Below, one piece after another: positions 1-9,233 of a DNA stretch of 21,482 nt. The notes beneath the pieces were generated by a model. The model had not been told where the DNA came from, made no database searches, and saw only the letters and a program-made list of their open reading frames with translations. The DNA lies in contig JBHGNT010000529.1 of the NCBI GenBank assembly GCA_043228905.1, positions 1-21,482 of the forward strand, given 5' to 3'. Positions within the stretch are counted from its first letter, which is position 1. Every line of letters begins with the position of its first letter. A program made the translations under genes and the position numbers. Origin of the DNA: Azolla caroliniana. Its lineage: Eukaryota > Plantae > Polypodiophyta.

Positions 1-111
1 CACAGGGACTTCCCGGGAGGTCACCCATCCCAGTACTGTTCTGGCCCAAGCGCGCTTAACTGCGGAGTTCTGATGGGATCCGGTGTATTAGCGCTGGTAT
101 GACCGCACCAC
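1..111 (-). rRNA. 5S rRNA, last 8 nt cut by window edge; GTCCCTGTG variant
   Basis: Reverse complement matches plant 5S motifs CATACCAGC, GGATCCCATCAGAACTCC, AGTTAAGC, GGATGGGTGACCTCCCGGGAAGTCC. Confidence 0.95.
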
Positions 112-140
112 GACAGTGCCCTGCGTTCCGAGGTACTAAT
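112..140 (-). promoter_or_regulatory. 5S upstream Pol III elements: C at -1, GC at -13/-12, AT-rich ATTAGTA at -29..-23 (representative; recurs per unit)
   Basis: Counting from G at 111 as +1, the positions match the TATA-like/GC/C(-1) layout known for plant 5S genes. Confidence 0.65.
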
Positions 141-237
141 GCTACACGAACCTACACAAAAATGCCCTACGAGGACAACTAATATCGAGGGACCCACCAC
201 GTCACCGTCCCAACCGCACGCGCGACGGGCGCCGGCG

Positions 238-261
238 AAGGCTAAGGCTAAGGCTAAGGCT
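238..261 (+). repeat. (AAGGCT)4 hexamer microsatellite in spacer (every unit)
   Basis: aaggct aaggct aaggct aaggct read directly. Confidence 0.95.
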
Positions 262-280
262 TTGGATCCTAGAGAAGGAC

Positions 281-291
281 TATATATATAT
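281..291. repeat. (TA)5T run in spacer (every complete unit)
   Basis: tatatatatat read directly. Confidence 0.9.
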
Positions 292-300
292 CCCCTGCCC

Positions 301-311
301 GGATTCGAACC
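301..311 (-). promoter_or_regulatory. tRNA-type B-box motif GGTTCGAATCC in spacer (every complete unit); function unproven
   Basis: Reverse complement of ggattcgaacc fits the GGTTCRANNCC consensus. Confidence 0.5.
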
Positions 312-481
312 TCGCCACTCATGCCCACCCCATAAAGCCTCTTACGCCCTCTCCTTGATCCGGACGACACTCTTTAACCCACACCGAATGACAATGCCCC
401 TCGACGCTTCACCCTTCCTATGCTCTCGTCCGCCTCTACGAAAGCCAAGAGGCCCACGCGCACGGGAACGGCTCGGGCGGG

Positions 482-537
482 AAAAGAACGCAACCCATGC
501 CCGGGACTTCCCGGGAGGTCACCCATCCCAGTACTGT
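482..537 (-). pseudogene. Spacer copy of the 5S 3' portion: 34 bp exact (504-537) plus decayed 3' end and TTTT (representative; in all complete units except the 498-bp one)
   Basis: 504-537 is identical to 581-614 (gene nt 73-106). It is followed on the minus strand by CGGGCATGGG TTGCGTTC TTTT, versus TGGTG CTGCACCC TTTTT in the gene. Confidence 0.9.
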
Positions 538-562
538 GCACGAAAAGAAGACGACTCGAAGC

Positions 563-567
563 AAAAA
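563..567 (-). terminator. Pol III oligo-T terminator (T5), with further T4 tracts at 543-546 and 482-485 (representative)
   Basis: aaaaa on the + strand abuts the 3' end of the gene. Confidence 0.9.
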
Positions 568-686
568 GGGTGCAGCACAGGGACTTCCCGGGAGGTCACC
601 CATCCCAGTACTGTTCTGGCCCAAGCGCGCTTAACTGCGGAGTTCTGATGGGATCCGGTGTATTAGCGCTGGTATGACCGCACCAC
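568..686 (-). rRNA. 5S rRNA, GTCCCTGTG variant
   Basis: 119 nt; helix I GGTGCGG/CTGCACC; T5 follows. Confidence 0.97.
589..636 (-). promoter_or_regulatory. 5S internal control region (A-box AGTTAAGCGCGC at 625-636, intermediate element, C-box); representative
   Basis: Type 1 Pol III promoter motifs at gene nt ~51-98; box boundaries are approximate. Confidence 0.8.
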
Positions 687-1142
687 GACAGTGCCCTGCG
701 TTCCGAGGTACTAATGCTACACGAACCTACACAAAAATGCCCTACGAGGACAACTAATATCGAGGGACCCACCACGTCACCGTCCCAACCGCACGCGCGA
801 CGGGCGCCGGCGAAGGCTAAGGCTAAGGCTAAGGCTTTGGATCCTAGAGAAGGACTATATATATATCCCCTGCCCGGATTCGAACCTCGCCACTCATGCC
901 CACCCCATAAAGCCTCTTACGCCCTCTCCTTGATCCGGACGACACTCTTTAACCCACACCGAATGACAATGCCCCTCGACGCTTCACCCTTCCTATGCTC
1001 TCGTCCGCCTCTACGAAAGCCAAGAGGCCCACGCGCACGGGAACGGCTCGGGCGGGAAAAGAACGCAACCCATGCCCGGGACTTCCCGGGAGGTCACCCA
1101 TCCCAGTACTGTGCACGAAAAGAAGACGACTCGAAGCAAAAA

Positions 1143-1261
1143 GGGTGCAGCACCAGGACTTCCCGGGAGGTCACCCATCCCAGTACTGTTCTGGCCCAAG
1201 CGCGCTTAACTGCGGAGTTCTGATGGGATCCGGTGTATTAGCGCTGGTATGACCGCACCAC
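1143..1261 (-). rRNA. 5S rRNA
   Basis: Major-type copy. Confidence 0.97.
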
Positions 1262-1717
1262 GACAGTGCCCTGCGTTCCGAGGTACTAATGCTACACGAA
1301 CCTACACAAAAATGCCCTACGAGGACAACTAATATCGAGGGACCCACCACGTCACCGTCCCAACCGCACGCGCGACGGGCGCCGGCGAAGGCTAAGGCTA
1401 AGGCTAAGGCTTTGGATCCTAGAGAAGGACTATATATATATCCCCTGCCCGGATTCGAACCTCGCCACTCATGCCCACCCCATAAAGCCTCTTACGCCCT
1501 CTCCTTGATCCGGACGACACTCTTTAACCCACACCGAATGACAATGCCCCTCGACGCTTCACCCTTCCTATGCTCTCGTCCGCCTCTACGAAAGCCAAGA
1601 GGCCCACGCGCACGGGAACGGCTCGGGCGGGAAAAGAACGCAACCCATGCCCGGGACTTCCCGGGAGGTCACCCATCCCAGTACTGTGCACGAAAAGAAG
1701 ACGACTCGAAGCAAAAA

Positions 1718-1836
1718 GGGTGCAGCACCAGGACTTCCCGGGAGGTCACCCATCCCAGTACTGTTCTGGCCCAAGCGCGCTTAACTGCGGAGTTCTGATG
1801 GGATCCGGTGTATTAGCGCTGGTATGACCGCACCAC
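1718..1836 (-). rRNA. 5S rRNA
   Basis: Major-type copy. Confidence 0.97.
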
Positions 1837-1869
1837 GACAGTGCCCTGCGTTCCGAGGTACTAATGCTA

Positions 1870-1894
1870 AAGCAGTGTATCAACGCAGAGTACT
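1870..1894 (+). other. SMART / PacBio low-input amplification adapter (technical contaminant)
   Basis: aagcagtgtatcaacgcagagtact equals AAGCAGTGGTATCAACGCAGAGTACT minus one G, and replaces 22 nt of normal spacer. Confidence 0.95.
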
Positions 1895-2292
1895 ACGAGG
1901 ACAACTAATATCGAGGGACCCACCACGTCACCGTCCCAACCGCACGCGCGACGGGCGCCGGCGAAGGCTAAGGCTAAGGCTAAGGCTTTGGATCCTAGAG
2001 AAGGACTATATATATATCCCCTGCCCGGATTCGAACCTCGCCACTCATGCCCACCCATAAAGCCTCTTACGCCCTCTCCTTGATCCGGACGACACTCTTT
2101 AACCCACACCGAATGACAATGCCCCTCGACGCTTCACCCTTCCTATGCTCTCGTCCGCCTCTACGAAGCCAAGAGGCCCACGCGCACGGGAACGGCTCGG
2201 GCGGGAAAAGAACGCAACCCATGCCCGGGACTTCCCGGGGAGGTCACCCATCCCAGTACTGTGCACGAAAAGAAGACGACTCGAAGCAAAAA

Positions 2293-2410
2293 GGGTGCAG
2301 CACCAGGACTTCCCGGGAGGTCACCCATCCCAGTACTGTTCTGGCCCAAGCGCGCTTAACTGCGGAGTTCTGATGGGATCCGGTGTATTAGCGCTGTATG
2401 ACCGCACCAC
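2293..2410 (-). rRNA. 5S rRNA with 1-bp deletion (probable sequencing error)
   Basis: gcgctgtatg instead of gcgctggtatg at ~2396; lies in the adapter-bearing unit. Confidence 0.9.
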
Positions 2411-2866
2411 GACAGTGCCCTGCGTTCCGAGGTACTAATGCTACACGAACCTACACAAAAATGCCCTACGAGGACAACTAATATCGAGGGACCCACCACG
2501 TCACCGTCCCAACCGCACGCGCGACGGGCGCCGGCGAAGGCTAAGGCTAAGGCTAAGGCTTTGGATCCTAGAGAAGGACTATATATATATCCCCTGCCCG
2601 GATTCGAACCTCGCCACTCATGCCCACCCCATAAAGCCTCTTACGCCCTCTCCTTGATCCGGACGACACTCTTTAACCCACACCGAATGACAATGCCCCT
2701 CGACGCTTCACCCTTCCTATGCTCTCGTCCGCCTCTACGAAAGCCAAGAGGCCCACGCGCACGGGAACGGCTCGGGCGGGAAAAGAACGCAACCCATGCC
2801 CGGGACTTCCCGGGAGGTCACCCATCCCAGTACTGTGCACGAAAAGAAGACGACTCGAAGCAAAAA

Positions 2867-2985
2867 GGGTGCAGCACCAGGACTTCCCGGGAGGTCACCC
2901 ATCCCAGTACTGTTCTGGCCCAAGCGCGCTTAACTGCGGAGTTCTGATGGGATCCGGTGTATTAGCGCTGGTATGACCGCACCAC
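2867..2985 (-). rRNA. 5S rRNA
   Basis: Major-type copy. Confidence 0.97.
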
Positions 2986-3441
2986 GACAGTGCCCTGCGT
3001 TCCGAGGTACTAATGCTACACGAACCTACACAAAAATGCCCTACGAGGACAACTAATATCGAGGGACCCACCACGTCACCGTCCCAACCGCACGCGCGAC
3101 GGGCGCCGGCGAAGGCTAAGGCTAAGGCTAAGGCTTTGGATCCTAGAGAAGGACTATATATATATCCCCTGCCCGGATTCGAACCTCGCCACTCATGCCC
3201 ACCCCATAAAGCCTCTTACGCCCTCTCCTTGATCCGGACGACACTCTTTAACCCACACCGAATGACAATGCCCCTCGACGCTTCACCCTTCCTATGCTCT
3301 CGTCCGCCTCTACGAAAGCCAAGAGGCCCACGCGCACGGGAACGGCTCGGGCGGGAAAAGAACGCAACCCATGCCCGGGACTTCCCGGGAGGTCACCCAT
3401 CCCAGTACTGTGCACGAAAAGAAGACGACTCGAAGCAAAAA

Positions 3442-3560
3442 GGGTGCAGCACCAGGACTTCCCGGGAGGTCACCCATCCCAGTACTGTTCTGGCCCAAGC
3501 GCGCTTAACTGCGGAGTTCTGATGGGATCCGGTGTATTAGCGCTGGTATGACCGCACCAC
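3442..3560 (-). rRNA. 5S rRNA
   Basis: Major-type copy. Confidence 0.97.
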
Positions 3561-4016
3561 GACAGTGCCCTGCGTTCCGAGGTACTAATGCTACACGAAC
3601 CTACACAAAAATGCCCTACGAGGACAACTAATATCGAGGGACCCACCACGTCACCGTCCCAACCGCACGCGCGACGGGCGCCGGCGAAGGCTAAGGCTAA
3701 GGCTAAGGCTTTGGATCCTAGAGAAGGACTATATATATATCCCCTGCCCGGATTCGAACCTCGCCACTCATGCCCACCCCATAAAGCCTCTTACGCCCTC
3801 TCCTTGATCCGGACGACACTCTTTAACCCACACCGAATGACAATGCCCCTCGACGCTTCACCCTTCCTATGCTCTCGTCCGCCTCTACGAAAGCCAAGAG
3901 GCCCACGCGCACGGGAACGGCTCGGGCGGGAAAAGAACGCAACCCATGCCCGGGACTTCCCGGGAGGTCACCCATCCCAGTACTGTGCACGAAAAGAAGA
4001 CGACTCGAAGCAAAAA

Positions 4017-4135
4017 GGGTGCAGCACCAGGACTTCCCGGGAGGTCACCCATCCCAGTACTGTTCTGGCCCAAGCGCGCTTAACTGCGGAGTTCTGATGG
4101 GATCCGGTGTATTAGCGCTGGTATGACCGCACCAC
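4017..4135 (-). rRNA. 5S rRNA
   Basis: Major-type copy. Confidence 0.97.
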
Positions 4136-4591
4136 GACAGTGCCCTGCGTTCCGAGGTACTAATGCTACACGAACCTACACAAAAATGCCCTACGAGGAC
4201 AACTAATATCGAGGGACCCACCACGTCACCGTCCCAACCGCACGCGCGACGGGCGCCGGCGAAGGCTAAGGCTAAGGCTAAGGCTTTGGATCCTAGAGAA
4301 GGACTATATATATATCCCCTGCCCGGATTCGAACCTCGCCACTCATGCCCACCCCATAAAGCCTCTTACGCCCTCTCCTTGATCCGGACGACACTCTTTA
4401 ACCCACACCGAATGACAATGCCCCTCGACGCTTCACCCTTCCTATGCTCTCGTCCGCCTCTACGAAAGCCAAGAGGCCCACGCGCACGGGAACGGCTCGG
4501 GCGGGAAAAGAACGCAACCCATGCCCGGGACTTCCCGGGAGGTCACCCATCCCAGTACTGTGCACGAAAAGAAGACGACTCGAAGCAAAAA

Positions 4592-4710
4592 GGGTGCAGC
4601 ACCAGGACTTCCCGGGAGGTCACCCATCCCAGTACTGTTCTGGCCCAAGCGCGCTTAACTGCGGAGTTCTGATGGGATCCGGTGTATTAGCGCTGGTATG
4701 ACCGCACCAC
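4592..4710 (-). rRNA. 5S rRNA
   Basis: Major-type copy. Confidence 0.97.
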
Positions 4711-5166
4711 GACAGTGCCCTGCGTTCCGAGGTACTAATGCTACACGAACCTACACAAAAATGCCCTACGAGGACAACTAATATCGAGGGACCCACCACG
4801 TCACCGTCCCAACCGCACGCGCGACGGGCGCCGGCGAAGGCTAAGGCTAAGGCTAAGGCTTTGGATCCTAGAGAAGGACTATATATATATCCCCTGCCCG
4901 GATTCGAACCTCGCCACTCATGCCCACCCCATAAAGCCTCTTACGCCCTCTCCTTGATCCGGACGACACTCTTTAACCCACACCGAATGACAATGCCCCT
5001 CGACGCTTCACCCTTCCTATGCTCTCGTCCGCCTCTACGAAAGCCAAGAGGCCCACGCGCACGGGAACGGCTCGGGCGGGAAAAGAACGCAACCCATGCC
5101 CGGGACTTCCCGGGAGGTCACCCATCCCAGTACTGTGCACGAAAAGAAGACGACTCGAAGCAAAAA

Positions 5167-5285
5167 GGGTGCAGCACCAGGACTTCCCGGGAGGTCACCC
5201 ATCCCAGTACTGTTCTGGCCCAAGCGCGCTTAACTGCGGAGTTCTGATGGGATCCGGTGTATTAGCGCTGGTATGACCGCACCAC
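5167..5285 (-). rRNA. 5S rRNA
   Basis: Major-type copy. Confidence 0.97.
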
Positions 5286-5741
5286 GACAGTGCCCTGCGT
5301 TCCGAGGTACTAATGCTACACGAACCTACACAAAAATGCCCTACGAGGACAACTAATATCGAGGGACCCACCACGTCACCGTCCCAACCGCACGCGCGAC
5401 GGGCGCCGGCGAAGGCTAAGGCTAAGGCTAAGGCTTTGGATCCTAGAGAAGGACTATATATATATCCCCTGCCCGGATTCGAACCTCGCCACTCATGCCC
5501 ACCCCATAAAGCCTCTTACGCCCTCTCCTTGATCCGGACGACACTCTTTAACCCACACCGAATGACAATGCCCCTCGACGCTTCACCCTTCCTATGCTCT
5601 CGTCCGCCTCTACGAAAGCCAAGAGGCCCACGCGCACGGGAACGGCTCGGGCGGGAAAAGAACGCAACCCATGCCCGGGACTTCCCGGGAGGTCACCCAT
5701 CCCAGTACTGTGCACGAAAAGAAGACGACTCGAAGCAAAAA

Positions 5742-5860
5742 GGGTGCAGCACCAGGACTTCCCGGGAGGTCACCCATCCCAGTACTGTTCTGGCCCAAGC
5801 GCGCTTAACTGCGGAGTTCTGATGGGATCCGGTGTATTAGCGCTGGTATGACCGCACCAC
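5742..5860 (-). rRNA. 5S rRNA
   Basis: Major-type copy. Confidence 0.97.
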
Positions 5861-6316
5861 GACAGTGCCCTGCGTTCCGAGGTACTAATGCTACACGAAC
5901 CTACACAAAAATGCCCTACGAGGACAACTAATATCGAGGGACCCACCACGTCACCGTCCCAACCGCACGCGCGACGGGCGCCGGCGAAGGCTAAGGCTAA
6001 GGCTAAGGCTTTGGATCCTAGAGAAGGACTATATATATATCCCCTGCCCGGATTCGAACCTCGCCACTCATGCCCACCCCATAAAGCCTCTTACGCCCTC
6101 TCCTTGATCCGGACGACACTCTTTAACCCACACCGAATGACAATGCCCCTCGACGCTTCACCCTTCCTATGCTCTCGTCCGCCTCTACGAAAGCCAAGAG
6201 GCCCACGCGCACGGGAACGGCTCGGGCGGGAAAAGAACGCAACCCATGCCCGGGACTTCCCGGGAGGTCACCCATCCCAGTACTGTGCACGAAAAGAAGA
6301 CGACTCGAAGCAAAAA

Positions 6317-6435
6317 GGGTGCAGCACCAGGACTTCCCGGGAGGTCACCCATCCCAGTACTGTTCTGGCCCAAGCGCGCTTAACTGCGGAGTTCTGATGG
6401 GATCCGGTGTATTAGCGCTGGTATGACCGCACCAC
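6317..6435 (-). rRNA. 5S rRNA
   Basis: Major-type copy. Confidence 0.97.
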
Positions 6436-6891
6436 GACAGTGCCCTGCGTTCCGAGGTACTAATGCTACACGAACCTACACAAAAATGCCCTACGAGGAC
6501 AACTAATATCGAGGGACCCACCACGTCACCGTCCCAACCGCACGCGCGACGGGCGCCGGCGAAGGCTAAGGCTAAGGCTAAGGCTTTGGATCCTAGAGAA
6601 GGACTATATATATATCCCCTGCCCGGATTCGAACCTCGCCACTCATGCCCACCCCATAAAGCCTCTTACGCCCTCTCCTTGATCCGGACGACACTCTTTA
6701 ACCCACACCGAATGACAATGCCCCTCGACGCTTCACCCTTCCTATGCTCTCGTCCGCCTCTACGAAAGCCAAGAGGCCCACGCGCACGGGAACGGCTCGG
6801 GCGGGAAAAGAACGCAACCCATGCCCGGGACTTCCCGGGAGGTCACCCATCCCAGTACTGTGCACGAAAAGAAGACGACTCGAAGCAAAAA

Positions 6892-7010
6892 GGGTGCAGC
6901 ACCAGGACTTCCCGGGAGGTCACCCATCCCAGTACTGTTCTGGCCCAAGCGCGCTTAACTGCGGAGTTCTGATGGGATCCGGTGTATTAGCGCTGGTATG
7001 ACCGCACCAC
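6892..7010 (-). rRNA. 5S rRNA
   Basis: Major-type copy. Confidence 0.97.
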
Positions 7011-7466
7011 GACAGTGCCCTGCGTTCCGAGGTACTAATGCTACACGAACCTACACAAAAATGCCCTACGAGGACAACTAATATCGAGGGACCCACCACG
7101 TCACCGTCCCAACCGCACGCGCGACGGGCGCCGGCGAAGGCTAAGGCTAAGGCTAAGGCTTTGGATCCTAGAGAAGGACTATATATATATCCCCTGCCCG
7201 GATTCGAACCTCGCCACTCATGCCCACCCCATAAAGCCTCTTACGCCCTCTCCTTGATCCGGACGACACTCTTTAACCCACACCGAATGACAATGCCCCT
7301 CGACGCTTCACCCTTCCTATGCTCTCGTCCGCCTCTACGAAAGCCAAGAGGCCCACGCGCACGGGAACGGCTCGGGCGGGAAAAGAACGCAACCCATGCC
7401 CGGGACTTCCCGGGAGGTCACCCATCCCAGTACTGTGCACGAAAAGAAGACGACTCGAAGCAAAAA

Positions 7467-7585
7467 GGGTGCAGCACCAGGACTTCCCGGGAGGTCACCC
7501 ATCCCAGTACTGTTCTGGCCCAAGCGCGCTTAACTGCGGAGTTCTGATGGGATCCGGTGTATTAGCGCTGGTATGACCGCACCAC
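7467..7585 (-). rRNA. 5S rRNA
   Basis: Major-type copy. Confidence 0.97.
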
Positions 7586-8041
7586 GACAGTGCCCTGCGT
7601 TCCGAGGTACTAATGCTACACGAACCTACACAAAAATGCCCTACGAGGACAACTAATATCGAGGGACCCACCACGTCACCGTCCCAACCGCACGCGCGAC
7701 GGGCGCCGGCGAAGGCTAAGGCTAAGGCTAAGGCTTTGGATCCTAGAGAAGGACTATATATATATCCCCTGCCCGGATTCGAACCTCGCCACTCATGCCC
7801 ACCCCATAAAGCCTCTTACGCCCTCTCCTTGATCCGGACGACACTCTTTAACCCACACCGAATGACAATGCCCCTCGACGCTTCACCCTTCCTATGCTCT
7901 CGTCCGCCTCTACGAAAGCCAAGAGGCCCACGCGCACGGGAACGGCTCGGGCGGGAAAAGAACGCAACCCATGCCCGGGACTTCCCGGGAGGTCACCCAT
8001 CCCAGTACTGTGCACGAAAAGAAGACGACTCGAAGCAAAAA

Positions 8042-8160
8042 GGGTGCAGCACCAGGACTTCCCGGGAGGTCACCCATCCCAGTACTGTTCTGGCCCAAGC
8101 GCGCTTAACTGCGGAGTTCTGATGGGATCCGGTGTATTAGCGCTGGTATGACCGCACCAC
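8042..8160 (-). rRNA. 5S rRNA
   Basis: Major-type copy. Confidence 0.97.
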
Positions 8161-8534
8161 GACAGTGCCCTGCGTTCCGAGGTACTAATGCTACACGAAC
8201 CTACACAAAAATGCCCTACGAGGACAACTAATATCGAGGGACCCACCACGTCACCGTCCCAACCGCACGCGCGACGGGCGCCGGCGAAGGCTAAGGCTAA
8301 GGCTAAGGCTTTGGATCCTAGAGAAGGACTATATATATATCCCCTGCCCGGATTCGAACCTCGCCACTCATGCCCACCCCATAAAGCCTCTTACGCCCTC
8401 TCCTTGATCCGGACGACACTCTTTAACCCACACCGAATGACAATGCCCCTCGACGCTTCACCCTTCCTATGCTCTCGTCCGCCTCTACGAAAGCCAAGAG
8501 GCCCACGCGCACGGGAACGGCTCGGGCGGGAAAA

Positions 8535-8658
8535 GAACGCAACCCATGCCCGGGACTTCCCGGGAGGTCACCCATCCCAGTACTGTTCTGGCCCAAGCGC
8601 GCTTAACTGCGGAGTTCTGATGGGATCCGGTGTATTAGCGCTGGTATGACCGCACCAC
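8535..8658 (-). pseudogene. Chimeric 5S gene: nt 1-106 normal, 3' end taken from the spacer copy (124 nt to T4)
   Basis: The unit lacks 77 bp and only one 34-bp repeat remains (8553-8586). The normal 3' 13 nt and the T5 tract are absent. Confidence 0.85.
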
Positions 8659-9114
8659 GACAGTGCCCTGCGTTCCGAGGTACTAATGCTACACGAACCT
8701 ACACAAAAATGCCCTACGAGGACAACTAATATCGAGGGACCCACCACGTCACCGTCCCAACCGCACGCGCGACGGGCGCCGGCGAAGGCTAAGGCTAAGG
8801 CTAAGGCTTTGGATCCTAGAGAAGGACTATATATATATCCCCTGCCCGGATTCGAACCTCGCCACTCATGCCCACCCCATAAAGCCTCTTACGCCCTCTC
8901 CTTGATCCGGACGACACTCTTTAACCCACACCGAATGACAATGCCCCTCGACGCTTCACCCTTCCTATGCTCTCGTCCGCCTCTACGAAAGCCAAGAGGC
9001 CCACGCGCACGGGAACGGCTCGGGCGGGAAAAGAACGCAACCCATGCCCGGGACTTCCCGGGAGGTCACCCATCCCAGTACTGTGCACGAAAAGAAGACG
9101 ACTCGAAGCAAAAA

Positions 9115-9233
9115 GGGTGCAGCACCAGGACTTCCCGGGAGGTCACCCATCCCAGTACTGTTCTGGCCCAAGCGCGCTTAACTGCGGAGTTCTGATGGGA
9201 TCCGGTGTATTAGCGCTGGTATGACCGCACCAC
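9115..9233 (-). rRNA. 5S rRNA
   Basis: Major-type copy. Confidence 0.97.

Noticed and set aside
238-261. Telomere-like repeat
   Set aside because: TAAGGC/TTAGCC matches neither TTTAGGG, TTAGGG nor TTAGGC exactly, and there are only four copies.
281-291. TA run as the 5S TATA box
   Set aside because: It lies ~170-180 bp upstream of the gene start, whereas plant 5S TATA-like elements sit near -28.
290-365. Intact tRNA gene around the B-box
   Set aside because: The T-stem pairs poorly (CGAGG/CCGGG), and no acceptor stem or anticodon arm could be built.
482-537. Cassandra TRIM or SINE3 as source of the 5S fragment
   Set aside because: There is no A-box portion, LTR termini, PBS/PPT or target-site duplication. 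The fragment is identical to the adjacent gene, which favours local duplication.
504-614. CRISPR-like pattern: 34-bp direct repeats separated by 43 bp
   Set aside because: The repeat is 5S rRNA sequence, the intervening sequence is identical in each unit, and there are no cas genes.
139-677. Repeated 169-, 85- and 62-aa ORFs in every unit
   Set aside because: They overlap the 5S gene, resemble no protein family I recognise, and include translated microsatellite (AKAKAKAK). Open frames of this size are expected in GC-rich repeats.
1870-1894. Novel insertion or acquired spacer in the array
   Set aside because: It matches a common synthetic adapter and is followed by error-type indels.
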